Below are positions 31,187 through 39,055 of a stretch of DNA of 64,000 nucleotides, piece after piece. A program made the position numbers and the translations under genes. The DNA is from Candidatus Omnitrophota bacterium (lineage in GTDB: Bacteria; Omnitrophota; Gorgyraeia; Pluralincolimonadales; Pluralincolimonadaceae). The stretch spans positions 61,564 through 125,563 of the forward strand of contig PLNR01000008.1 of the NCBI GenBank assembly GCA_003141835.1. Reading direction: 5' to 3'. The notes beneath the pieces are model-generated. The model worked only from the letters and a program-made list of their open reading frames with translations, did no database searches and was not told where the DNA came from. Each line of letters opens with the position of its first letter. Position 1 is the first letter of the stretch.

Positions 31187-31591
31187 ATGAATATTCCGGA
31201 AAAAGAACAGTATAAATACCTTACTCACCATCTTGAATATCTTAATGATAAGATTCTAGGATCGTTTGAATTATTCATTAAACTCGCTACGGCAATTATC
31301 GGTGGTGTATTTCTTCTTCATTGGAAACTTGCAGAGAACCATAATAATGGAGATTCACTTGTTTTGATGTCTGATATGCTGTTTTGCATTGTCGGCGTAA
31401 GTATCATAGCCCTTATATGGATTAATCTTTGTGCTTGGCGATCATATCGAAAAACTCTCTCTAAAGAATATCCAGCTATTAAGCTTTCGAATCCTTTCTT
31501 ATGGTGGATAGGTGAAGCCATAATGAGTTTACTTATAATTATAACGTGTATATTATTTTGTCTCTTAAATCCTCTGAATAGTTTTTGTTAG
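31187..31591 (+). CDS. hypothetical multi-TM membrane protein
   Basis: 134 aa with 3 predicted TM helices. Confidence 0.5.
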   Translation: MNIPEKEQYKYLTHHLEYLNDKILGSFELFIKLATAIIGGVFLLHWKLAENHNNGDSLVLMSDMLFCIVGVSIIALIWINLCAWRSYRKTLSKEYPAIKLSNPFLWWIGEAIMSLLIIITCILFCLLNPLNSFC

Positions 31592-31595
31592 AGTA

Positions 31596-31658
31596 ATAAG
31601 GGGACGCGTCAAAAAGGGACAGGTTGCATAAGCAGAGTGTCCCAAAGTGACACGTCCC
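31596..31658 (+). promoter_or_regulatory. nested-palindrome leader element, copy 2
   Basis: One substitution relative to copy 1; precedes the RBS of 31694. Confidence 0.6.
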
Positions 31659-31693
31659 CAAACGCATAAAATCGCGCAAAAAGGGAGGTTGGA

Positions 31694-32287
31694 ATGAAAA
31701 GGGCGATAGTAATTTTTTTGGTAGCGTCATGTTTTCTTGAAGGTTGTGCATCTTATCATGCGGGGCTTTTGCCATCAAAAGATGTAATGAATTATGATAA
31801 TAAGCAAGTTCAAAATAACGTTTATGTCGTAGCAAAATTTTTGAATGCAAGAGAAACAAAACAAGTCTTTCAATTTGATCTAGAAAATAAGGGTATCCAG
31901 CCCACTTTTATTGTTATGGATAACAGAAGTCCTAAAACCTACGATTTCAAAAAATCAGACATAAATAAACAGATAATGTCTTCGCAAGAGGTAGCTGATA
32001 AATGCAAATTTAGTACTGTCGGACGAGCAACAACTTATGGAGTAGTGGGATTATTCATTTGGCCATTCTTAATTCCAGCAGTAGTCGATGGCGTAGGATC
32101 ATCGGAGGCGAACAGAAAAATTGAAGACGATTATGCTTATAAAGAATTGCAGGATGGAAGATTAATGCCAAATGCTCTCATGAACGGAGTTGTTTTCGTG
32201 TCTAAAATGAAAGAAGGAGAGGATTTTACCATAAGATTAAAAGATGTTGATACAAATGAAATTCTAAGATTTAGTTTTCAGAAGTGA
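31694..32287 (+). CDS. hypothetical lipoprotein
   Basis: Signal peptide with an FLEGC lipobox. Confidence 0.5.
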   Translation: MKRAIVIFLVASCFLEGCASYHAGLLPSKDVMNYDNKQVQNNVYVVAKFLNARETKQVFQFDLENKGIQPTFIVMDNRSPKTYDFKKSDINKQIMSSQEVADKCKFSTVGRATTYGVVGLFIWPFLIPAVVDGVGSSEANRKIEDDYAYKELQDGRLMPNALMNGVVFVSKMKEGEDFTIRLKDVDTNEILRFSFQK

Positions 32288-32335
32288 GTCACATTAGGTC
32301 GCATAAGCAGAGCGTCCTAAAGTGACACGTCCTCA
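32287..32335 (+). promoter_or_regulatory. nested-palindrome leader element, copy 3 (5' arm truncated)
   Basis: ggtcgcataagcagagcgtcctaaagtgacacgtcc matches the 3' half of copies 1 and 2. Confidence 0.5.
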
Positions 32336-32377
32336 AAATTAACCACGAAGAAACGCTATAATTAAAAGGTGTGAGAT

Positions 32378-33316
32378 ATGACTTTAATAATGTCAGCTAT
32401 TACCTCCTCGGGTATCGTTCTAACTGCCGATAGTAGACAGTCCTATAAAAATGGAGCAGGGGCAATTCGCATTGGTTCTGATAATGCATTGAAGCTTTTT
32501 AAGCTTTCCGATTATATTGGAGTTTCTATTTCAGGTAAAGCCTTTCTTAATGGGGAAAACCAATCGGTCAAAGACGTCGGATATTTTATTAATAAATTTA
32601 AACAAACAGAGGATCTAAAAGAACTAACAATCCGAGATGTTGCTAATAAACTAAATAAATATCTCGGTGACCTTTTTGTTGAGAAAGAAAGAGTATCTTT
32701 GAAAAAGCTTATTGAGGAACAAGTTACAAAGCTTGGTGGTAAAGATTTAGTTTTTCTTCCAATGGACGATTCTTTGGTTCCATATTCATATAAAGATAAG
32801 GACGGCAAGGTGATTTCAAATACAGCAATGATTGAGACAATTAATATGATTGTGGCAGGCATTGATAAGGACAAGGTAGGAAGAGCTTACTCAGTTTGGG
32901 TTCCTAAAGGGATAACGCTGGAAAAAGATACTCAGCTGTGCGGTGCTTTGTGGTGCGGTCAGAATGATGTTATCATTCGAATTGTCAAAGGATTTACACT
33001 GGAGATAGAAAAACTTAATTTTATAAAAGAGGCTCTAGCAAAAGATAACGCCTCAACTATCAGCCAGCTAAATAAAATGGAGTACATTATTAATTGGGGA
33101 ACAATGACCATCCAAGATGCGATAGATTTTTGCGTATTAATGACCCGTACTACCGAAAGCATACAGAGGTTTTCTGATGGTACCTTTTTACAACCTGGTG
33201 GTATTCCCGGCGTTGGTGGGGAGATTGATATAGCTGTTATTACACCTGAAAAAGGATTCCGTTGGCTTAAAAAGAAAAAATTGGAATCTGAGGGGGAAGA
33301 GCTTTCTTTAGAGTAA
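32378..33316 (+). CDS. proteasome-beta/HslV-like Ntn-hydrolase family protein with a C-terminal extension
   Basis: Thr directly after the initiator Met. GIVLTAD with Asp at position 17 of the Met-processed protein. KLFKLSDYIGVSISGKA parallels proteasome-beta KKIFKIDDHIGVAFAG. Confidence 0.5.
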   Translation: MTLIMSAITSSGIVLTADSRQSYKNGAGAIRIGSDNALKLFKLSDYIGVSISGKAFLNGENQSVKDVGYFINKFKQTEDLKELTIRDVANKLNKYLGDLFVEKERVSLKKLIEEQVTKLGGKDLVFLPMDDSLVPYSYKDKDGKVISNTAMIETINMIVAGIDKDKVGRAYSVWVPKGITLEKDTQLCGALWCGQNDVIIRIVKGFTLEIEKLNFIKEALAKDNASTISQLNKMEYIINWGTMTIQDAIDFCVLMTRTTESIQRFSDGTFLQPGGIPGVGGEIDIAVITPEKGFRWLKKKKLESEGEELSLE

Positions 33317-33363
33317 GAATGGAATATCAGCAAAATAGAATATAATAAGGAACGTGGGCGATA

Positions 33364-33430
33364 GGGGACGTGTCAAAAGGGCAAGGTCCCTTCGCAAAGG
33401 GAGACAGGTTATAAAAATGACACATGACAG
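33364..33430 (+). promoter_or_regulatory. nested-palindrome leader element, copy 4 (diverged)
   Basis: GGGGACGTGTCAAAAGGG ... TGACACATGACA, preceded by TATAATAAGG. Confidence 0.5.
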
Positions 33431-33436
33431 ATCTAA

Positions 33437-34072
33437 ATGAGTAAACCTGAAGAGGAATCAAGCGAAGTAAAAAATAGCAGCCGGAATATTCTTATACTTG
33501 ACGTATTGGGCATGGCTGTTATATTTATTCTTTTTATGATTGTTCGTGACAAATTTGGGCAAATTTTTAAAGAAATGGACGTGCCTGCAACGTTATCTTA
33601 TAGAATATTAATCGAACCCCACCCTGTCGTGCTTATTGTCGAATTCATTATAATCATAGCCATTCTCATTCTTAAAGAGAGAGTAATAAGGAATAAAAGC
33701 ATAACGTATTATATTAATAGCATAATTTTAGTAGTATTAGTTTTATCTATTCTCTTTTTCGGATATTCTGCTTTTTTCTTGCCCTTGATTCCTCTAATTA
33801 CGGAACTACAATCAAGGTCCAGTTTTTTCGATAAGTTCGGGTATCTTTTTAGTTATAATATAGTTGTTCCGTTAGTCATCTTAATAGCCGGCTTAATAAT
33901 ATTTATTAAGCCGGTTTCTTGTATCGAGCTCCAAAAAAAGTTTTACGAAAAGATCAACTGGCGCATGGAGCCGATCAATATGGAAATGGAGATCAGAAAT
34001 ACAAAAATCATGGGCTTATTTTTAGTCGGCGCATCCCTAGCAACAATTGTCTATTTTTTGATTAAAGGATAA
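33437..34072 (+). CDS. hypothetical multi-TM membrane protein; C-terminal 70 aa duplicate the 24979..25203 product
   Basis: 211 aa; C-terminal ...IFIKPVSCIELQKKFYEKINWRMEPINMEMEIRNTKIMGLF... Confidence 0.55.
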   Translation: MSKPEEESSEVKNSSRNILILDVLGMAVIFILFMIVRDKFGQIFKEMDVPATLSYRILIEPHPVVLIVEFIIIIAILILKERVIRNKSITYYINSIILVVLVLSILFFGYSAFFLPLIPLITELQSRSSFFDKFGYLFSYNIVVPLVILIAGLIIFIKPVSCIELQKKFYEKINWRMEPINMEMEIRNTKIMGLFLVGASLATIVYFLIKG

Positions 34073-34074
34073 TA

Positions 34075-34395
34075 ATGGAAAAAATTATTGGACAAGCGGG
34101 TAATCTAAACGATTTGGTAGCTTATCAGGAAGGCTCAATCGTAAGCAAAGAGATAATAAAAAAGGACATAGGCACGGTAACCCTTTTTGCCTTTGACAAG
34201 GGGCAGGGGTTGAGCGAACACACCGCGCCGTTTGATGCCCTGGTTTATATCTTTGACGGCGAAGCGGAAATAATGATTTCCGGCCTGCCACATCATTTAA
34301 AGGCAGGCGAGATCATCATAATGCCTGCGAATAAGCCGCACGCCTTAAAAGCGATAGAACGTTTCAAGATGATGCTGGTTATGATTAGGTCTTAA
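34075..34395 (+). CDS. cupin domain protein
   Basis: 106 aa small-barrel cupin pattern (G...H.H....E...V..G). Confidence 0.55.
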   Translation: MEKIIGQAGNLNDLVAYQEGSIVSKEIIKKDIGTVTLFAFDKGQGLSEHTAPFDALVYIFDGEAEIMISGLPHHLKAGEIIIMPANKPHALKAIERFKMMLVMIRS

Positions 34396-34407
34396 AGAGA
34401 AAAGTCT

Positions 34408-34495
34408 TAAAAATAATCATAACCCTCTGCAATTATAACTGTTGCAGAGGGTTTTTGTTAAGAGTAGAATAAATCCCAACGAGGTCTTACAAAGT
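34408..34495 (+). repeat. direct repeat B (~85 bp) with a perfect 10-bp-stem terminator hairpin
   Basis: CCCTCTGCAA-ttataact-gTTGCAGAGGG plus TTTTT, then ttaagagtagaataaatcccaacgagg. Confidence 0.8.
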
Positions 34496-34525
34496 GGCGC
34501 ATATTCAAAACCATAAGCGTGCTTA

Positions 34526-35248
34526 ATGTTGAGAGTGCCCCGATTTTTAAATAGACTTGCAATTGGTTTTAATAGTGATAGAATCAAAGAAAAAGGAGCA
34601 CAGATGGGCGTCAAGAAGAATTTATGGTTGTTTGTATTTAATGTTGTCTGCCTAGTTATTGCTATTGTTTTGTGTAGTGGGTTTATGTATTATTTTTGCG
34701 TAGCGAACCCATCTAACATTGTTTATGCAAAAGAAGATAGTTCCGCGGAGAAGGTTGAATTAAATAAACAGGAAATTAGTAAATTACAGAAGGATGATTT
34801 AAGTAATCAGGACTCTAAACAATCGGCAGTTGTTGAGGAGAAAACCGATAAGACTACGGTTTCCCTCGTTTTAAATAAAGAGAATGAAGCAATTATAAAA
34901 AATATGGAACGACGTAATAGTTTTCTCGAATTTTATATAGGGCAGATTATAAGCTTTTATCAACAAGTTATTACTTATTTATTAGGAGTAATTGGTGTTT
35001 TATTAGTCATCAGCTTTATGTATATACGTTTTACGTCTAAGCAACAAACTGAGGAGATGGCAAATGAAGCATTGAACTCAAAATCCTTCCAGATAATTCT
35101 ACAAAATCTGGTTAAGAAAGAATATGCTGAAGCGTTAAAATCAGGTGATTTTGTGGAAATGTCTAGTAAAATACCTGATTTAGCTGATAGGGTAACTGAG
35201 CTTGAGAAGATAATGAACGCAAAAGATGATGATGAAATTCAGGAATAG
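34526..35248 (+). CDS. hypothetical membrane protein with coiled-coil segments
   Basis: Two TM helices and K/E-rich regions. Confidence 0.45.
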   Translation: MLRVPRFLNRLAIGFNSDRIKEKGAQMGVKKNLWLFVFNVVCLVIAIVLCSGFMYYFCVANPSNIVYAKEDSSAEKVELNKQEISKLQKDDLSNQDSKQSAVVEEKTDKTTVSLVLNKENEAIIKNMERRNSFLEFYIGQIISFYQQVITYLLGVIGVLLVISFMYIRFTSKQQTEEMANEALNSKSFQIILQNLVKKEYAEALKSGDFVEMSSKIPDLADRVTELEKIMNAKDDDEIQE

Positions 35249-35257
35249 GGGTGAAAA

Positions 35258-35812
35258 ATGGGAATAATTAGAGAGAAATGTTTTGCTCCTGACTGTTCTA
35301 TCGCATCTAGCAATATTGATTTATATGATACTCCGGAGAAATTATTTGCTTTTGCAAGTTCTCAAGGCATTCCTACTGTGCCTTTAGACGTAGAGAAATT
35401 AGCCAATAAAATGGGTATCAAAATAGAATACGCTGATTTTCCAAATGATTTATCGGGGGAACTTATCAAGGATCCGGCAACTAATCATTGGGTTATCTAT
35501 GTGAATAAAAATCATCATATTAATAGGCAAAGATATACTATCGCACATGAAATAGCTCATTTTTGTCAGCACAGGCACTTGAAATATAGATTTGAAGACG
35601 AAATATTTTTTAGGGGTGGTGAATCATACGACAAGGAAGAAACGGAAGCAAATAATTTCGCTAGTTCTATACTTATGCCAGAACAAGAATTTAAAACTAA
35701 AGTTCGTTCGGGAATTAGGAAAATAGAAGAATTAGCTGGGATATTTAAGGTCTCAACCTTAGCCCTAAGAATAAGGGCAAAAAATCTCGGCATGTCAGGA
35801 CACGGGTTATGA
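35258..35812 (+). CDS. ImmA/IrrE family metallo-endopeptidase
   Basis: HEXXH at IAHEIAHF with the downstream Glu typical of COG2856; ATGA overlap with the next gene. Confidence 0.75.
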   Translation: MGIIREKCFAPDCSIASSNIDLYDTPEKLFAFASSQGIPTVPLDVEKLANKMGIKIEYADFPNDLSGELIKDPATNHWVIYVNKNHHINRQRYTIAHEIAHFCQHRHLKYRFEDEIFFRGGESYDKEETEANNFASSILMPEQEFKTKVRSGIRKIEELAGIFKVSTLALRIRAKNLGMSGHGL

Positions 35813-36894
35813 AGAATATATCATATGCTCCGATAATAAAAACTAGTGATGCGGAAATCAGGGGGATTGAAAACCTTGATGATGACGATAAGGATGGAAT
35901 TACTCCAATTTTTGAATTGACAAAATCAAGAAAATCAAAATATCTTCCTCAGGGTGATATATATAGAAGGCTAGAAAAGCTTAAAGATGTATTTGGTGCT
36001 AGGCGTTTCATATTAGATTTAACAAGTGATCGTAATTCTATAAATGAACAAATTGAAGAATTGCAAGATAATCATGGCGGATATAAAAATTGGATTGATT
36101 TCCTAATTTTGCAAAAGAATGATTTTCCTGAATTAATACCAACAATACAGATTACTGATAAGGGAGTTAAGACTGAAGAAGAATTGTATAATAGAGTTAA
36201 GGTACAGGTTGAAGCGTTAAACAGGAATTTTGCCGAAGTTGCTTACAGGTTTCCTTTGGAATATGAAGATTTTACGACCGACCTCAAGCATATAATTGAT
36301 AATATCTCTAAAGATAAAATTATTTGTATCGTTGATGCTGGATTCATTACGCAAGGGAAATCAGGAATCTATATAACAAAAGCAAGGAGTGTTATTGCAG
36401 AAGTAAAAAAATTTGGGATTAAAAATATAATATTATCAGCTACTTCCTTTCCAAGGAATCCGACTCAATACGGCGGTGAGGAGACAGGAGAGTGCCAATT
36501 AGAAGAGTGTTTATTTTATAATGGCGCAAGAGAAGAAAAATCTAATATCAGTTTTATCTATGGAGATTATGCCACGATTAATCCGATAAGAAGCGATCAA
36601 GCAGGTGGCAATGGATGGGTTCCGAGAATAGATATGCCTACAGAAGATGAACTTTTTTATTATAGATCTAGAAAACGCAAGCAAGAATTGACATATGCTA
36701 ACGCTTATACAAGAGTCGCACACTCTGTGGCTAGCGACCAAAGATATAAAAATATAAAGAAAAAAATCAGGGATTGCTGGGGAATTGAGCAGATTGAATT
36801 AGCCGCAAAAGGCACCCCAGAAGGATTATCACCATCCTTCTGGATCTCAGTTAGAATGAACATCCACATAACAATAAAAAATAAAATGCATTAA
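35809..36894 (+). CDS. Beta family protein (T4 beta-protein-like; sce7725-like)
   Basis: N-terminal YAPIIKTSDAEIRGIENL...ITPIFELTKSR and RRFILDL fit my recollection of the Beta_protein N-terminal pattern; 361 aa. Confidence 0.55.
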   Translation: MKNISYAPIIKTSDAEIRGIENLDDDDKDGITPIFELTKSRKSKYLPQGDIYRRLEKLKDVFGARRFILDLTSDRNSINEQIEELQDNHGGYKNWIDFLILQKNDFPELIPTIQITDKGVKTEEELYNRVKVQVEALNRNFAEVAYRFPLEYEDFTTDLKHIIDNISKDKIICIVDAGFITQGKSGIYITKARSVIAEVKKFGIKNIILSATSFPRNPTQYGGEETGECQLEECLFYNGAREEKSNISFIYGDYATINPIRSDQAGGNGWVPRIDMPTEDELFYYRSRKRKQELTYANAYTRVAHSVASDQRYKNIKKKIRDCWGIEQIELAAKGTPEGLSPSFWISVRMNIHITIKNKMH

Positions 36895-37523
36895 ACATAT
36901 AACTTATCAATTATTCCGCATAAACCTCGTAAATCATCCCATACGATTTTTCCTTCGGTATCCCTCAAGAGAAGCCTAAAAAGTTTATAGTAACGTTTCT
37001 TAAGATATGAATAAGCAGCTGTGCGGATTTTACTTGTGGTCAGCTGGTGGCTAAGCTTTTCCCGTATTTCATCTGTAGATAGCTTTCGGATATTTCTTGA
37101 GGTGCATAGGCTGAGCAGTTCAATCTTAGGCAAGAATATCAAAAGAGAACGCTTATCCAATTTTTTATTTAATCTCGCTATTTTTATAACCTTAAATTTA
37201 TCGTTATTAAATAGAATTAGTCCGGTGTTTTGAGTAATAATATTTTTAATCTTGTTAACATTCTTTATAGTGGTTATTACAGATACTTTGTCAAATGTAT
37301 TATGATAATCGTTTAGCTGCATTTTAAGTTTTCTTGGATCGTCAGAATCACTTTTTATTTCAAGGGTATGTGTTTTGTTTGAAATAATTAATAAGTCGGC
37401 TTTTCGCCTATTAGCAGAAAACAAAACTTCAGTAGCAATAGCATCCTTCGACTTATTAAAATTAAGATTGCCCCTTAATAACCATCTTATTGCTTTTGTT
37501 TTTATTAGTTCTGCTTTATCCAT
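36891..37523 (-). CDS. sce7726-like putative PD-(D/E)xK nuclease-fold protein
   Basis: RKADLLIIS...LEIKSDSD D-(x)n-E-x-K pattern; convergent with the Beta gene, stops overlapping by 4 bp. Confidence 0.5.
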   Translation of the reverse strand: MDKAELIKTKAIRWLLRGNLNFNKSKDAIATEVLFSANRRKADLLIISNKTHTLEIKSDSDDPRKLKMQLNDYHNTFDKVSVITTIKNVNKIKNIITQNTGLILFNNDKFKVIKIARLNKKLDKRSLLIFLPKIELLSLCTSRNIRKLSTDEIREKLSHQLTTSKIRTAAYSYLKKRYYKLFRLLLRDTEGKIVWDDLRGLCGIIDKLYV

Positions 37524-38134
37524 AGTTAAATGTTATCTCGCAATAATATAAAAATAATACGATCGAATATCCTTGTTGTATTTTTTGTTTTTTTAGTAAC
37601 CGATATTATACTTTAATTTAATAAAATATTCACTACAAGAGGTAATTGTGATGGTAGGCTACCTGCAATGTGTTAGTCCCAAAGGTCAAATGCATAATCT
37701 TGTGAGAATAAAGTTGTTTAAGAACAGGGCGCCGATAGTAAGAGCTAAGTTACCTTATGCCTTCACAAAGAAGTGAAAGCACTTGGCGTTCTTAGGGTAG
37801 ATTACTCTACCGTTCCGCCGAATGTATCGGCAGTACACCTCAACGCCAGGAGTTAATCCCGAACCGCGGTTATCCCGCTTTTCAGCATTAAACCTTCGTT
37901 GCATACTTTTGTCTCCTTTCCGGGGGCTAATTTTTACCTTACGCAACCCCTCAAAAAGAAGAAAATAAGATTAAGAAAATGATTTCAGGAGGGGGGTAAG
38001 TAGGAAATTAGCCTAGAAAAGAAGACATCGTAGCCCCGGAGATTTTGCTCCTTAGTTTGTCCTACCGGCACCCAAAGAACAAGTTTCTATGCTATAAATA
38101 CTACAAATTAGTCGTAAAGTCAATCTAAAAATTC

Positions 38135-38163
38135 TTGACACCCACACAAATGTGTGGTATACT
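38135..38163 (+). promoter_or_regulatory. lexA promoter TTGACA-17-TATACT with a CCACACA-aa-TGTGTGG palindrome in the spacer (candidate SOS box)
   Basis: Consensus -35, perfect 7-bp inverted repeat at 38142-38157, -10 ending 7 nt before the ATG at 38171. Confidence 0.55.
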
Positions 38164-38170
38164 CCTGCCT

Positions 38171-38719
38171 ATGAAACCCCAAGTAGAATTAACCGCCAAG
38201 CAAGAGAAGGTCCTGAAATTTATCCGCGAAAGAGTGGGGGAGAACCTGCCTCCGACCATAAGGGAGATAGCAGGGGAGATGGGCTTTGCTTCCACAGGAA
38301 CGGTTAGGGATTATCTTGCGGCGCTTCAAAGAAAGGGTTACCTCAAACGCGAAAATAACAAATCCCGGGGCATAGCGTTAATAGGAAGTATTGCGGCCGG
38401 GGAGCCGAAATTGGCCTATGAAGATATCGAGGGCTATGTCGAGATCGCCCGGGAGAATACCTTTGCCTTGAAGGTCAAAGGCGAAAGCATGATAGACGCC
38501 GGCATTATGGACGGCGACATAGCGGTCATCAGGAAACAGAAGACGGCCGATAACGGCGATATCATCGCCGCGTTACTGGACAATAACGAAGTCACCTTAA
38601 AAAGACTCAAGACCGGCGGCGGCAAGCCATTCCTGGAAGCAGCGAACAAGAAATATCCCCCGATACATAAAGAATTCAGCATCATAGGCAAACTTGTCAA
38701 TATAGTAAGAAAATATTAA
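38171..38719 (+). CDS. lexA: LexA repressor
   Basis: N-terminal wHTH (MKPQVELTAKQEKVLKFIRE), S24 peptidase GESM Ser and downstream Lys; start moved to a typical LexA Met. Confidence 0.85.
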   Translation: MKPQVELTAKQEKVLKFIRERVGENLPPTIREIAGEMGFASTGTVRDYLAALQRKGYLKRENNKSRGIALIGSIAAGEPKLAYEDIEGYVEIARENTFALKVKGESMIDAGIMDGDIAVIRKQKTADNGDIIAALLDNNEVTLKRLKTGGGKPFLEAANKKYPPIHKEFSIIGKLVNIVRKY

Positions 38720-38722
38720 GCG

Positions 38723-39055
38723 ATGGCGATATCAGGCTTCAACCCAAAGGCGCGCTGGGACCGACACCCTCTTGGCAGAGGGCAAGCTATCCCCGAGACC
38801 GAAGACAGTGTCGACCCCGGGATACTGGACGAAAAGATAGAAGTCCTGGCATATTTCAAGGGCTCAGCGATATTTCCCCGCGCGTTCATCCGCAATAACA
38901 AGGTCCACAGGATAAAAAAGATCACCTATAACTGGCAGGAACGCCGCGGCCGGGAGGTCCTGAACCTGTTTTCGGTGGACACCGGGACCTGCCTCTACCA
39001 GATATCATTTAATAACACGACCTACCGCTGGCAGATCGACAAGATAATAGCATGA
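38723..39055 (+). CDS. hypothetical 110-aa protein between lexA and dinB (possible polymerase accessory factor)
   Basis: Operon position only; no recognisable motif. Confidence 0.45.
   Translation: MAISGFNPKARWDRHPLGRGQAIPETEDSVDPGILDEKIEVLAYFKGSAIFPRAFIRNNKVHRIKKITYNWQERRGREVLNLFSVDTGTCLYQISFNNTTYRWQIDKIIA

Larger units (their letters stand above)
30365..37560. mobile_element. low-GC accessory island: unidirectional hypothetical genes, repeat elements, ImmA/Beta/PD-(D/E)xK module; no integrase seen
   Basis: Sharp GC drop relative to the flanks, direct repeats at 30378 and 34408, a repeated leader element, all products hypothetical. Confidence 0.55.

Noticed and set aside
31088-33430. Interpretation of the palindromic leader repeats as a CRISPR array
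   Set aside because: Spacing is 450-1000 bp and irregular. The copies are imperfect and internally palindromic in a nested way. Each sits directly upstream of an SD and ATG. No cas genes.
30378-34495. Interpretation of the island repeats as integron attC sites
   Set aside because: No RYYYAAC / GTTRRRY core or inverse-core pairs at the repeat ends and no intI nearby. The similarity is better explained as terminator-containing direct repeats.
37640-38130. tmRNA, RNase P RNA, SRP RNA or group II intron in the gap upstream of lexA
   Set aside because: None of the conserved cores (GGUUCGAnUCC T-arm with CCA, AGGAAAGUCCGGGCUCC, GGAAGCAGCCA, domain V GAGC..ACGUACGG) could be found on either strand.
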